From contig NW_025214834.1 of assembly GCF_004010195.1 (NCBI RefSeq), positions 5,459-42,175 of the forward strand: a DNA stretch of 36,717 bases. Direction: 5' to 3'. A model generated the notes under the pieces. It was given only the letters and a program-made list of their open reading frames with translations, did not search any database and was not told the DNA's origin. Below are positions 21,330 through 33,805 of this stretch, piece by piece. Source of the stretch: Chiloscyllium plagiosum. Lineage: Eukaryota. Position 1 is the stretch's first letter. Each line of letters opens with the position of its first letter. The translations under genes were made by a program, and so were the position numbers.

Positions 21330-22465
21330 ATCTTAGTCGGTTTTATATAATTAAATCTACAATAGTGATTAAGGTGAGGATTTCTTTTTAATGTCTTACG
21401 GTCTCTTGATTAAATGTTTAAGATATGAAAAGTAAGCATTAAGTTATTCTCGGGCAGTATTTTTCGAGCAGTAAGACTGCCTTCCTCTTAGTCTGTAGAT
21501 TGTTAAGGCGGAGAGATGGCCTGTTGTAGAGTGGCGTGCTGTTCCTGTCGGATGTGGGAGATTAGGGAGAGTTTCAATGATCCTGATGATTGTCTGCAGA
21601 AAGTGTGATTGCAAATCCTATTGGATCGCATGGATTGGTGGAGGAGTGATTAACGGCAGTGAGGAATTGGCAGGAGCCGGCGTGTGTGATAGGTGTCAGT
21701 GTCAGAAATGCAGGATACTGCAGATACAGTCAGGTAGATGGGTTACCGCCAGGAAAGCTAGGAGGGGTAGGTCGGTACTGCAGGAGTCTCCTGTGGCTAT
21801 CCCCATCTCAGACAAGTATACTGTTTTGGAAAATGTAGGTGGTAATAGACTTTCAGGGGAATGTAGCACTGACAGTCAAGTTACTGGTACTGAGACTGGC
21901 TTCTAACATAATGTGAGGTATATCCAGTTCCACACAATCGATGGTGACAGGGGACTCTCTAGTCAGGGGTACAGTCTGCCATTTCTGCAGCTGACAGTGA
22001 GGCACCAGAATGGGGTGGTGTCTCCCTGGTGCCAGTGTCAAGGATGTCTCACACAGGGAGAAGAATATTATCAAAAGGAAAATAACGAGTTGGAGGACAT
22101 TGTACATTGGTACCAATGGCATAGGAAGGGGAAAGCATGGGGTCCTGACGAGCAGGGAGATTTGCTAGTGCCACCTGGGAGGCATTAAACCAGTGAGGGA
22201 GTCGGGGTAATCCAAAAGAGATAGTGAGAAAAGAGATGAGGCTGAGGCTGGTAGTATTCACCGGTCAGACTGTCAAGGCAGGCAAGAGCAAGTCACAGAA
22301 TGAGGTGCGACGGACCAGTTGCACTGCATTTGTTTCAGTGCAAGAGACCTGACAGGTCAGGCAGGTGGGATCAGGGTATGGTTTTGTACATGGCACTGGG
22401 ATATTACAGCAATTACAGAGGCATCACTCAGGGATGGATAGGACTGGCAGCTTAATGTTCCAGGG
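21330..22465 (+). mobile_element. CR1/HER1 LINE 5' part: UTR, ORF1 (zinc finger/leucine zipper + esterase) and start of APE
   Basis: CCSCRMWEIRES..CRKC..LQILLDR; WVTARK..QESPVAIPISDKYTVLE; VHIGTN; DWQLNVPG just before the gap. Confidence 0.85.
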
Positions 22466-22709
22466 NNNNNNNNNNNNNNNNNNNNNNNNNNNNNNNNNNN
22501 NNNNNNNNNNNNNNNNNNNNNNNNNNNNNNNNNNNNNNNNNNNNNNNNNNNNNNNNNNNNNNNNNNNNNNNNNNNNNNNNNNNNNNNNNNNNNNNNNNNN
22601 NNNNNNNNNNNNNNNNNNNNNNNNNNNNNNNNNNNNNNNNNNNNNNNNNNNNNNNNNNNNNNNNNNNNNNNNNNNNNNNNNNNNNNNNNNNNNNNNNNNN
22701 NNNNNNNNN

Positions 22710-23058
22710 TTTCTTTATTCATTCACAGGATGAGGCTGTCACTGGCTCGGCCAGCATTTATTGCTGCGTTTACCCAGAGGGCAGTTAAGTCAACCACGTT
22801 GCTATAGGTCTGGAGTCACATGCAGACCAGACCAGGTAAGGATGGCATTTTCCTTCCCTAAAGGTCGTGAGTGAACCACATTGGTTTTTCCAACAATTGA
22901 CAATGGATTCCTTGTCGTCACTAGATTATTTTTTTCCAGATATTTATTGAATTCACATTCCAAAATCTGCCGTGATGGGATTCAAACCCGAGTCCCCAGA
23001 ACTTTATCTGGGTCTCTGGATTAACTGTCTAGCGATAATGTCACTCCGTCATCACTGC
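22710..23058 (-). mobile_element. tRNA-headed SINE sharing head/body with 10030-10318 and tail with 7300-7355
   Basis: B box ggtttgaatcc near 22980; body colinear with 10030-10310; tail gcaataaatgctggccgagccagtgac...gaatgaataaagaaa. Confidence 0.85.
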
Positions 23059-23136
23059 CACTTCGGAAATGAGGCAGGGTGAGTGACTGAGTTATCAGTG
23101 GGGCAGCGCATCAGCACCAAAGATCCCACAGTATTG

Positions 23137-23340
23137 TGGCTCAGTGGTTAGCGCTGCTTCCTCAAACCCAGGGACCTGGGTTTGATTCCAGCCTCAGGCG
23201 ACTGCCTGTGTTCAAGTTGGCAAATTCTCCCCAGTGTTTGTGAGGGTTTCCTTCGGGTGTTCCAGTTTACTCCCACAGTCCAAAGATGTGTAGGTTAGTT
23301 GGATGAACCACGTTAAATTTCCCATAGTTTCCAGATGCAG
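23137..23340 (+). mobile_element. HE1-type V-SINE, 3'-truncated
   Basis: A box tggctcagtggtt, B box ggtttgattcc, V-domain gggtttccttcgggtgttccagttt...tccaaagatgtg. Confidence 0.88.
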
Positions 23341-23344
23341 TATA

Positions 23345-23775
23345 TGAGGTTTTGGGATGTGCAGGCAAATCTCTGCTTGATGTGAAAAGATCCTTTTGTT
23401 GTCTTGGACAGAGGTCAGAGGGAGGTGTGGCCACACGTTCTACATCTCTCATGACGGCAAGGGACGGTTAAGGGTGTGGACCAAACATAGGAAGTTCAGA
23501 GTGAATGGTCTCTGCGGAACACAGATAGGGTTGGGGAGCGAAATATGTCTCTAATGAATTTAGGTAGCAGAAATAACAGATATTAATGCGCTGTATCTGG
23601 AGATTAATGGGGTGGAAGTTGAAGACCGCAGGGTTATATTCTTTATTGTGGCTGGAGGGGTGGGGTAAAGGCGGAGGTGCGGGAAGTGGAGGGTATGTGT
23701 TGGAGGGCATTGTTGATCAAGTCAGAGGAAAATTACGGTCCTTGAGGTAGGCCTTTCTGGGATGTCCCGGAGTAG
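23345..23775 (-). mobile_element. Penelope-like internal fragment
   Basis: Minus strand HNKEYNPAVFNFHPINLQIQRIN resembles 2960-3030 of the 1.5-3.8 kb element. Confidence 0.7.
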
Positions 23776-23779
23776 AGTC

Positions 23780-25350
23780 CAATGAGTTTAAACAAATATA
23801 TCACAGACAAAAGATTAACTGGACAAGAGAATAGGACCCCTTAAAGGTCAACAAGGCTGTCTATGGAACCACAGGGGGTGCGAAAGATATGCAAATATTT
23901 CACTTCATTTTTACTGGAGAAGTATATGGAAGCTCGAGAGTTTGGAGAAATAAACAGTGATAACTTGAAAAGTGTCCATGTTACAGAGGAGGTGGTACTA
24001 GATGTCTTAAATCGCATCAAGGTGAATAAAGCCCTGGAACCTGATCAGGTGTATCCTGGATTTTTCTGGAAATCTAGTGAAGTGATTGTTGGGCCTCTCC
24101 TGAGGTATTTGTATCGGTGATAGCGACAGGTGAGGTGCCATTATTTTAAATAGATGGTAAGGAGAGGCCATGGAACAAGAGAACAGTGAGCCTGAAGTCA
24201 GTGGCAGGCAAGTTGTTGTAAGGAATTCTGAGGGACAGGATATCCATCTATTTGGAAAGGTAAGGAATGATCAGTGACAGTCAATGTGGCTTTGTACATG
24301 CACAATTGTGTCTCACTAACTTGAGTGAGTGTTTTGAAGTGACAAAGAAAATTGATTAATCCAGGCAGTGAATGTTGTTTATATGGACATTCAACAAGGT
24401 TCCACAAAGCAGACTGGTAAGCAGGGTTAGATAACATGGAATGCAGGGAGAGCAAGTCATTACAAAACTACCTTGAAGGTTGGAGACNNNNNNNNNNNNN
24501 NNNNNNNNNNNNNNNNNNNNNNNNNNNNNNNNNNNNNNNNNNNNNNNNNNNNNNNNNNNNNNNNNNNNNNNNNNNNNNNNNNNNNNNNNNNNNNNNNNNN
24601 NNNNNNNNNNNNNNNNNNNNNNNNNNNNNNNNNNNNNNNNNNNNNNNNNNNNNNNNNNNNNNNNNNNNNNNNNNNNNNNNNNNNNNNNNNNNNNNNNNNN
24701 NNNNNNNNNNNNNNNNNNNNNNNNNNNNNNNNNNNNNNNNNNNNNNNNNNNNNNNNNNNNNNNNNNNNNNNNNNNNNNNNNNNNNNNNNNNNNNNNNNNN
24801 NNNNNNNNNNNNNNNNNNNNNNNNNNNNNNNNNNNNNNNNNNNNNNNNNNNNNNNNNNNNNNNNNNNNNNNNNNNNNNNNNNNNNNNNNNNNNNNNNNNN
24901 NNNNNNNNNNNNNNNNNNNNNNNNNNNNNNNNNNNNNNNNNNNNNNNNNNNNNNNNNNNNNNNNNNNNNNNNNNNNNNNNNNNNNNNNNNNNNNNNNNNN
25001 NNNNNNNNNNNNNNNNNNNNNNNNNNNNNNNNNNNNNNNNNNNNNNNNNNNNNNNNNNNNNNNNNNNNNNNNNNNNNNNNNNNNNNNNNNNNNNNNNNNN
25101 NNNNNNNNNNNNNNNNNNNNNNNNNNNNNNNNNNNNNNNNNNNNNNNNNNNNNNNNNNNNNNNNNNNNNNNNNNNNNNNNNNNNNNNNNNNNNNNNNCAT
25201 GTTGAGGGCATTGCAAGTATGGAATGAACTGCCAGAGGAAGGGGTGGAGGATAGTACAATTGCAGCATTTAAAGGGCATTTGATTGGGTACATGAAGAGG
25301 AAGACTTTAGAGGGATAAGAGTGAACCGCTGGCAATGGGACTCCATTAAC
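23780..25350 (+). mobile_element. CR1/HER1 LINE ORF2, spanning an N gap
   Basis: IKVNKALEPDQVYP; VYMDIQQGS (YMDF region); after the gap VWNELPEEGVE...FKGHLIGYM. Confidence 0.85.
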
Positions 25351-25960
25351 ACTCTCCGAAATTGGTCAACGCATTGAATACAGAAGCTGGGATGTCATAT
25401 TGTGGCTGGACAGGACGTTGATTAAGCCACTTCTGGAATTCTGTTTTCAGTTTGAATTTCCCTGTTCTGGGAAGGATGTTGTGAAACTTGAAAATGTTTG
25501 GACAAGATTTACAGAAACGTTGCCAGGATTGGAGGATTTGGGCTACAGTGAGAGGCTGAATAGTCTGGGGCTATTTTCTGTGGAGAGTCAAAGACTGAGA
25601 GGTGACTTCATGGAGATTTATAAAATCACGAGGGGCGTGGATAAGGTGAGCAGCCGGGGTCCTATTTCCTCAGGTTAGGTGAGTCCAAAACTAGAGCACT
25701 GGTTTTAAGTTGAGAGGGCAAAGATTGAAAAGTGATCTAATAGGCAACGCTTTCAAGCTGAGTATGATGTGTGTATGGGAGGAGCTGCCCGATGAAGTAG
25801 TGGAGGCTGATAAAATCACAACATTTAAAAGGCTTCCAATTGGGTACATGAATAGGAAGGGTTTTGATGGATACAGGCCAATAGATGGTAAATGGGAATC
25901 CATTAGTTCAGAATTCCTTGTTGGCACGGACAAATTGGACCGAAGGTCTGATTCTTTGAT
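25350..25960 (+). mobile_element. CR1/HER1 LINE 3' fragment
   Basis: RTLIKPLLEFC..KDVVKLENV..RFTETLPGL..YSERLNSLGLFS..RLRGDFMEIYKI; WEELPDEVVEA. Confidence 0.9.
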
Positions 25961-27154
25961 CTTAATAAATTAAGATGCATTCCTCTCTTTTGTGGAGAGC
26001 TAGCTGAAGCACAGATAATTATCCTTGGAGCTGAGAAGGTGAAGCAGTGATTTCGATCTGGTGCAGATTTGGTTCCAAGGACTTGAATTTGCAGAGAGAG
26101 AGAGAGGAATTGTTAACACTGTCACAATTTTTAGTAACTACTTTCAAGTAATTGGCAAATAATACAAGGTGAAAATGTGAACACTATTTTACTCAGAANN
26201 NNNNNNNNNNNNNNNNNNNNNNNNNNNNNNNNNNNNNNNNNNNNNNNNNNNNNNNNNNNNNNNNNNNNNNNNNNNNNNNNNNNNNNNNNNNNNNNNNNNN
26301 NNNNNNNNNNNNNNNNNNNNNNNNNNNNNNNNNNNNNNNNNNNNNNNNNNNNNNNNNNNNNNNNNNNNNNNNNNNNNNNNNNNNNNNNNNNNNNNNNNNN
26401 NNNNNNNNNNNNNNNNNNNNNNNNNNNNNNNNNNNNNNNNNNNNNNNNNNNNNNNNNNNNNNNNNNNNNNNNNNNNNNNNNNNNNNNNNNNNNNNNNNNN
26501 NNNNNNNNNNNNNNNNNNNNNNNNNNNNNNNNNNNNNNNNNNNNNNNNNNNNNNNNNNNNNNNNNNNNNNNNNNNNNNNNNNNNNNNNNNNNNNNNNNNN
26601 NNNNNNNNNNNNNNNNNNNNNNNNNNNNNNNNNNNNNNNNNNNNNNNNNNNNNNNNNNNNNNNNNNNNNNNNNNNNNNNNNNNNNNNNNNNNNNNNNNNN
26701 NNNNNNNNNNNNNNNNNNNNNNNNNNNNNNNNNNNNNNNNNNNNNNNNNNNNNNNNNNNNNNNNNNNNNNNNNNNNNNNNNNNNNNNNNNNNNNNNNNNN
26801 NNNNNNNNNNNNNNNNNNNNNNNNNNNNNNNNNNNNNNNNNNNNNNNNNNNNNNNNNNNNNNNNNNNNNNNNNNNNNNNNNNNNNNNNNNNNNNNNNNNN
26901 NNNNNNNNNNNNNNNNNNNNNNNNNNNNNNNNNNNNNNNNNNNNNNNNNNNNNNNNNNNNNNNNNNNNNNNNNNNNNNNNNNNNNNNNNNNNNNNNNNNN
27001 NNNNNNNNNNNNNNNNNNNNNNNNNNNNNNNNNNNNNNNNNNNNNNNNNNNNNNNNNNNNNNNNNNNNNNNNNNNNNNNNNNNNNNNNNNNNNNNNNNNN
27101 NNNNNNNNNNNNNNNNNNNNNNNNNNNNNNNNNNNNNNATGAACAGCAGCAAAA

Positions 27155-27305
27155 GCAGGAAGCACTGAGCATGCTCCAGCCCACAATGGGCCTCGGATTA
27201 TTGGCGCAGGACCAATAAGAGTGGGGGAACGGGGGCAAGATGTGCCAGTTGGTCCTTCAACTAATCGGAGTAAATGAGGGGCGGGATAATACTCAACCAC
27301 GTGAT
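27155..27305. promoter_or_regulatory. Promoter-like motif cluster
   Basis: ETS-like caggaag at 27156, palindrome gagcatgctc at 27167, ATTGG at 27200, CCAAT at 27212, GC box ggggcggg at 27278, E-box cacgtg at 27298; lies directly beside a gap. Confidence 0.4.
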
Positions 27306-27779
27306 AAACTTCACTGACAGCACAGTGTTATTGTGACCAAGGCATTGGAAATGTGTGAAGGTGAAGGACAGGGGAAAGAAAAGACATATTGACCAGGAAG
27401 AGAAGGAAATTTTCACAGTATGGAAATTTTCACGGTACAGAACTTAGTGCACATTGTAAAACACAAATTTGAAAATTCCAATTTCTGCACCATTTTCCCT
27501 ACCTATAATTCATTTTGCACTCCTTGAAATATCAACTGTGTGTTTCTCCCTCCACAGATACCATTGATCAATGCCAAAGCCCCATTGCCTGTGGTGGAGG
27601 TGATGTTTGACTTCCTTGTACAGCTGCAGTTCGTGGAGTGAAGGTGCTCCCACAATGTGTTTGGGAAAGAGCTGTTATAGGTTATTCATTCAGCGACAGT
27701 GAAGAGTTGACAATGTATGTGCAAATCAACAACAGTTTGTTTTTTTTAATCATGTTTATAATTCCACAGAAATACTATT

Positions 27780-28330
27780 GAGAACTTCTGACATAAGGCC
27801 ACAGATGGGGATATTAGGTCAGGTGATCAAAAGAATTGCCAAATAAGCAGGTTTTCAGGAATACCTTAAAGGAGGAAAGCAGATCTGAGTGGGTTAGGGT
27901 GAGAATTCCAGACCGTGTTGCCTTGGCAACAGTAGAAACAGCCAGACAATTGAAGCAATTAATAAACACATCGTTGGGAGCCTGAAAGAAAATGAGTTGT
28001 CGGGGTCTCACAGGTTGTGTGGTGCAGGGAGACAGGGATGTTCACAGCCAGGAATTACATCAAGGGTGAGAATTTTAAATTGTTGCTTGTTAATAGGAGC
28101 CTTTTGATGGATCAACAAGTTTTAGAACAAGTGAGCACTTGGGCAGTAGGGTTTTAGATACTCTTGAGATTGCATGTAAGTTGAATTTGGGAGGCTGGCC
28201 AGAAGCGTGTTTGGATAATGAAGTCTGGAGATAACACAGGGATGGAGGAGTATTTCAGTAAATGAGCTGAGGCTAGGGTGGGGTTGGGAGATCTCACTAA
28301 TGGAGAAATAGTGCTTTTGGAGTTGGGCTG
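27780..28330 (-). mobile_element. Old L2 LINE 3' part
   Basis: Minus strand LLSSFKVFLKTCLF and LSPDFIIQTRFWPASQ match L2 C-terminal motifs. Confidence 0.7.
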
Positions 28331-28477
28331 CTCCTCCTCCTCCTCACTCCCCCACCCCAATTCACAGATATTGTTCCTTGTTCTATCTGTCTGTCTTCTC
28401 TCCCATTCTACTACAAACTAATATTTGACCCCACCGTTGTTGCAAAAACCTACTCCATCCCGACTCTCCCTTTTTTT

Positions 28478-28720
28478 TATTAGATTGCTTACAGTGTGGA
28501 AACACGCCGAAGTGCAACGCACCCAGACCCTTTCCCCTAACAATTCACCTAACCTGGACATTTTTGGACTATGGGAGGAAACCGGAGCACCTGGAGGAAA
28601 CCCACACAGACACGGGGGGAATGTGCAAACTCCACACAGTCAGTCGTCTGAGGCGGGAATTGAACCCGGGTCTCTGGCGCTGTGAGGCAACAGTACTAAC
28701 CACTGTGCCACCGTGCCGCT
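28478..28720 (-). mobile_element. HE1-type V-SINE
   Basis: Reverse complement gcggcacggtggcacagtggttag...ccgggttcaattccc, V-domain, and tail ttccacactgtaagcaatctaa. Confidence 0.92.
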
Positions 28721-28744
28721 CAATTCGTTTCTGAATTCCTTGTA

Positions 28745-29110
28745 TTTGGTGTCCCCTAAGGATCTCTCCTTGGTCCCTCCTGTTTCTCAACTACATACTG
28801 CCAGGAGGTGACATTGTCCAAAAGCACCGTGTCAGGTTTCACGTGTGCACTGACAATGCCCAGCTCTCCTTCCCCATCATCCCTCTCCACTACTCAGTTA
28901 TCAAACTGCACATCACGCTCCCACTACGCGATTGGTTGCAATTTCCTGCAACGGAACGTTGCAATGGTTAAACCCATTGCCTTCAGTGCTATTACAAATT
29001 AGTTTCCCTTACTGCTGAGCCCTTCCCTCTCCTTGAGAATTATCTGAGACAGAACCACACTCTTCACAATATTGCTCTCATATCTGACCCGAAGGTGACC
29101 TTCTGATCAG
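28745..29110 (+). mobile_element. L2 LINE RT fragment
   Basis: GVP*GSLLGP...GDIVQKHRVRFHVCTDNAQL (decayed GVPQGS and YADD motifs). Confidence 0.8.
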
Positions 29111-29791
29111 ACATCTACACAATCACAAACACCAGGAATTCCAATCTCTTAAANNNNNNNNNNNNNNNNNNNNNNNNNNNNNNNNNNNNNNNNNNNNNNN
29201 NNNNNNNNNNNNNNNNNNNNNNNNNNNNNNNNNNNNNNNNNNNNNNNNNNNNNNNNNNNNNNNNNNNNNNNNNNNNNNNNNNNNNNNNNNNNNNNNNNNN
29301 NNNNNNNNNNNNNNNNNNNNNNNNNNNNNNNNNNNNNNNNNNNNNNNNNNNNNNNNNNNNNNNNNNNNNNNNNNNNNNNNNNNNNNNNNNNNNNNNNNNN
29401 NNNNNNNNNNNNNNNNNNNNNNNNNNNNNNNNNNNNNNNNNNNNNNNNNNNNNNNNNNNNNNNNNNNNNNNNNNNNNNNNNNNNNNNNNNNNNNNNNNNN
29501 NNNNNNNNNNNNNNNNNNNNNNNNNNNNNNNNNNNNNNNNNNNNNNNNNNNNNNNNNNNNNNNNNNNNNNNNNNNNNNNNNNNNNNNNNNNNNNNNNNNN
29601 NNNNNNNNNNNNNNNNNNNNNNNNNNNNNNNNNNNNNNNNNNNNNNNNNNNNNNNNNNNNNNNNNNNNNNNNNNNNNNNNNNNNNNNNNNNNNNNNNNNN
29701 NNNNNNNNNNNNNNNNNNNNNNNNNNNNNNNNNNNNNNNNNNNNNNNNNNNNNNNNNNNNNNNNNNNNNNNNNNNNNNNNNNNNNNNNNNN

Positions 29792-30015
29792 CTGACCTGT
29801 CTACCTTCAACCCCACTTTCAAGGAACTATCAACCCACACTGCATGGTCTGTTTGTCTGTCAACACTTTCCAGGAACTTTTCATTAAGAGGTTGAGTCCT
29901 ATTCTGGTAACATCTTTCTGAAATCAGGGAGATCACAATTGAATGCAGTATTCTAAAACTGGCCTCACCAATGCCCTACACAGCCACAACGTCACCTCCT
30001 AATCCCTATACTCAG
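29792..30015 (-). mobile_element. CR1/HER1 fragment
   Basis: Homologous to 30830-31070. Confidence 0.7.
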
Positions 30016-30019
30016 TGAC

Positions 30020-30240
30020 AGGATCCCTACAGTGTGGAAGCAGGCCTTTCGGTCCATGAGACCATACCAACCATCGGAACAGCATTCTACCCTAACTCCG
30101 TAACCTGCCATTACCCAAAGCTAATCCAGCTAAACTGCATGTCTTTGGATTTGTGGGCGGAAATTAAGAGCACCCAGAGGAAGCCCGCGCAGACACACAG
30201 GGAGAATGTGCAAACACCACACACACAGTGGAACCGAATC
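30020..30240 (-). mobile_element. HE1-type V-SINE, decayed
   Basis: tccctacagtgtggaagcaggcctttcgg...gagcacccagaggaagcccgcgcagacacacagggagaatgtgcaaac. Confidence 0.82.
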
Positions 30241-30414
30241 GAATCAGCACATTGCATTCAATGTTAGTGTCCCAAATGCCACCTTCAGCACCTGATCTCC
30301 ATGAAACTCTACTTTCAAAGAACTATACGGTTGTTCTGAGCCCTTCAGAGGGAATTAAGGTGTGGAGGAGAAAACAGGAACCAGGTTGAGTTTTAGATCT
30401 ATAAAATAGCTCCG

Positions 30415-30593
30415 CATCTTCTCCCCGTCTTCCCCCGCTCTGTCTGCTCTTCCTCTGCTCTGTCTGCTCCCCCCCGTCTCTCCCCACTCTGTCTGTCCCC
30501 CCCTCTGTCGGCCTGTCTCTCTCCCACCGCCCCCGTCGGTCTGTTTCTCCCCTCATAGGCATGTCTCTGCCACCGCCCCCCCTCCGTCGGCCT
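30415..30593 (+). repeat. Pyrimidine-rich low-complexity tract
   Basis: Recurrent ctctgtctg and cccccgtc motifs. Confidence 0.7.
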
Positions 30594-30600
30594 NNNNNNN

Positions 30601-31512
30601 CAGTCCCCTAGTTCTGTACTCCCCCACTGCAGGGCAAATATTTTGTCTATTTACCCTATCCATGCCCAGCCTGATTTTAAAAATCTCTTTCAGGTCACCA
30701 TTCAGCCTCTGACGCTCCAGGAAAAACAGCCTATCCAACCCTGGCAACATGCTATAATTCTTTTCTGATCTCTTTAAAGTTTAAGAACATCCATCTGATA
30801 GGAAGGAGAACAGAATCCTATGGAATATTGATTCAGCAACTTTTGCAATGCCCTGTACAGCCGCAATATGACCTCCCAACCCCTATACTCAATGCTCTGA
30901 CCAATAAAGACAAGCAGACCAACTGCCGCCTTCACTATCTTATCTACTTGCTACTCCGCTGTCAAGGAACTATGAACCTGCACTCCAAGGACTCTTTGTT
31001 TAGCAGCACTCCCAAGGAACTTACTATTAACTGCATAAGTCCTGCTAAAGTTTGCTTTTCCAAAATGCACCAGCTTGCATTTTTCTAAACTGAACTCCTC
31101 AGCCCATCATCCATCTGATCCAGATCCACTTGTACTCTGAGTTAATCTTTTTCACTGTCTCCTATACCTCCAATTTTGGTGTCATCTGCAAACTTACTTA
31201 CAATACCTCTTATGTTCACATCCAAATCATGGATATAAATGACGACAAATAGTGGATCCAGCACCGATCCTTGTGACACTCCACTGGTCACAGGCCTCCA
31301 GCCTGAAAAACACCCTCTGCCTTCTACCTTCGAGCCAGTTCTGTACTCCATGCGATCTCACCTTGCTGATTAGTCTCCCATGAGGAACCTTGTCAAACAC
31401 GTTACTGAAGTCCATGTAGATCATCTCCATGCTCTGACCTCAGCAATCCTCATTGTTACTTCTTCAAAAAAACTGGGTCTAATTCATGAGATATGATTTC
31501 CCATGCACAAAG
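30601..31512 (-). mobile_element. CR1/HER1 LINE RT region
   Basis: YMDFSNVFDKVPHGRLISKV; WRPVTSGVSQGSVLDPLFVVIYIHDLD..SKFADDTKIGG. Confidence 0.92.
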
Positions 31513-32034
31513 CAGTTCTTAGTATCCAGGATTTAACTCTGTACATTGGGGTCTGCGTTGCCCAGTTATAGGTGTTAATATTCTGGATGAAGTTCAAGTA
31601 CGCCAGCATTTTGTCAGTGACTGTGTATTGAGTCTTGTTAATGTCACCAACACAGGTGAGTTCTTTTTGAAAGGCAGTCCCTGTATCCCTTGCCCACCAG
31701 GAAATAGTGTAAGTGCCCTTACCTCTGGACTCGGAGGATCAGGCTCAGAGTTGAGTAATAGCATCTTTGAAGAGGCTGATTAGTAAACCTGCCCAAGCCA
31801 CCAGGCCATGCTGTCTCCCAGCTGTCCCTGCCTGAGCCTCCAAACAGAACCTTCCTGTAGTTTCTCTCCTGTCAGACTCTCCCATTGCTCAGTTTGTCCA
31901 GGATCCCCACCTGCTGCTGCACTGATCCTGTCCTTCACTGATCTGTCCATCCCCCAGTGTCCTCCACATTCATTCATTGTTCACAATCCCATCGTCCCAG
32001 TCCTCCAGCCTCGCCCCCTCCTGTCGATCGAGAA

Positions 32035-32305
32035 GGCTCAGTAGTTAGCACTACTGCCTCACAGCACCAGGTACGCGGGTTCGATTCCAGCCACGGCGAC
32101 TGTCTGTGTTGAGTTTGCGCATTCTCCCCGTGTCTGAACGGGTTTCCTTCGGGTGCTCCAGTTTCCTCCTACATCCAAAGATGTGCAGGGCAGGTTAATT
32201 GGCCATTCTTAATTGCCATAGTATTAGTTACATTAGTTCGGGGGAATGGGTCGGTATGGACTTGTTTGGCCAAAGGGCCTGTTTCCATACTGTAGGGATT
32301 CTGAT
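32035..32305 (+). mobile_element. HE1-type V-SINE
   Basis: ggctcagtagttagc, B box ggttcgattcc, V-domain, tail ggccaaagggcctgtttccatactgtagggattct. Confidence 0.9.
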
Positions 32306-32756
32306 ATATTGGGCAGCAGCTACTGTCAATCACCCGGACTCCTGTATGATCGGGAGCACGTGCTGTAGGAGGGGAGACCAATGCATGGGTGCAGTGCTGG
32401 CAACTGTGGAAGTATGCGCAGTATAGGTCAGTGCCTGGGAAGGAAGCTGTGGGTGTGAGGGATTAATCTATCATTAGCAGCTTCATCCCTCTGGGAGCAG
32501 GACCCAGAGGAATGGCCCTTTTCTTGCTACGCTGACATGTGATCAGACTATCAGTGGTGCAGCGTTTTGCAGAAATTTATCAGAACTCTTTTGTGAAGAT
32601 TCAGGGTTGTTATGGAAAGGGACAAGGATGGGCCAACAATTAGAATTCTAGTTTGGCTCACTTTAGTAAGATGGGTCTTGGCCAGAGTGTGCAGGAAGCA
32701 GTGTATGCAGGATAGTTCTCATCAGGAGCTAGGAAACTGAATTCGAAGAGAGTGTG

Positions 32757-32832
32757 TGTGAGAACTGGGTGTGGAGGAAAGGAGTGGGGGAATTTGTGAG
32801 AACTGGGTGTGGAGGAAAGGAGTGGGGGAATT
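32757..32832 (+). repeat. Perfect 38 bp tandem duplication
   Basis: tgtgagaactgggtgtggaggaaaggagtgggggaatt occurs twice. Confidence 0.95.
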
Positions 32833-32864
32833 GGTTTGGTTTCAGTTCACAGAAGAGAGAAATT

Positions 32865-33415
32865 TTGAGACTGAGGCTTAAAGCTTTGGGGGAACAAGGA
32901 AACTACAGTTTAATACTACAATTGTCTTATGAATTTCCATCCTGTATTAACAGTCGTATCTTGTGTGATCTGTTGTATGGTACTGAAAGGGTGGATTTGC
33001 GGATGAGGAATACAAATTGAACTTCATGTTCAGATGTTATAGTTACTTGATCCGTGCCGATCTGAATATCATTGGCCTTTTCATCTGGAAGGAAAGGTGT
33101 GCATTCTGTCCGTGGGCGAATATTTCAAATCTCAGTGTGACTGCAAAAGTACTGAGACACAGCCAAGTCCATGTTAGTGTGGTGAGTGTGGAGTGAGATT
33201 TCATTTGATTTTGAAAGTCTGAAAAATCACCGCACATTTCCAAGGAACAATTAAGCCACAACTTTGCTTTGTAGAAGGACAAGTCTTTAATTAACTATGC
33301 AACCAGAACGGCACAAGGATACCTGCACCATGGGAAATACTATGAAAACGGGATTGTTGTGAAGGAGTTCATTCTCGATCATGGATTGTAATCCATTGGC
33401 ATTGTCACGCCGGTT
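32865..33415 (+). pseudogene. C2H2 zinc-finger pseudogene (intron end plus ~4 decayed fingers)
   Basis: CGECGVRF at 33178; RHKDTCTM at 33309; DCCEGVHSRSWIVIHWHCHAG (C-x12-H-x3-H) ending at 33414; stops and frameshifts; cut off by CR1 downstream. Confidence 0.75.
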
Positions 33416-33434
33416 CCAGCGCCGTGGGGAAATA

Positions 33435-33805
33435 CTGGAAATATGATGAATGTAATGAGAGGCATGGATAAGGTGAATGCACTCAGTCTTTTTTTCCCAG
33501 GAACTCAAGGATTGGACGGCTTGATTGGATCAGTTTAAGGTGAGAGGAGAAAGAATAAAAGAGAAGCTATGGGGCAATTGTTTTACACAGAGGGTGGTAT
33601 GTATATGGAATGAGTTGCCAGTGGAAGTGGTTCAGGCAGGAACACTCAACAGGCAAAAGACATTTGGACAAATACGTGGATTGGAAAGGGTCAGAAGCAA
33701 ATGGGCCAAGTGCAGGGAAATGGGGTGAGCGTGGATGAACATTCTGGTCAGCATGGGCTCGTTTAGGCCAAAGGGCGTCTCTCTGCTGTCGGATTCTAAG
33801 ACTCT
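33435..33805 (+). mobile_element. CR1/HER1 LINE 3' end
   Basis: FKVRGERIKEKLWGNCFTQRVVCIWNELPVEVVQAG followed by the CR1 tail ggccaaagggcgtctctctgctg. Confidence 0.9.

Noticed and set aside
27321..27360. RSS heptamer CACAGTG
   Set aside because: No nonamer at 12 or 23 bp and no V/J segment nearby.
14184..29936. Long ORFs containing poly-X
   Set aside because: Artefacts of N gaps.
10240..32095. tRNA genes at the A/B box sites (10243, 22980, 23140, 28660, 32040)
   Set aside because: All continue into SINE or LINE bodies and are tRNA-derived heads, not tRNA genes.
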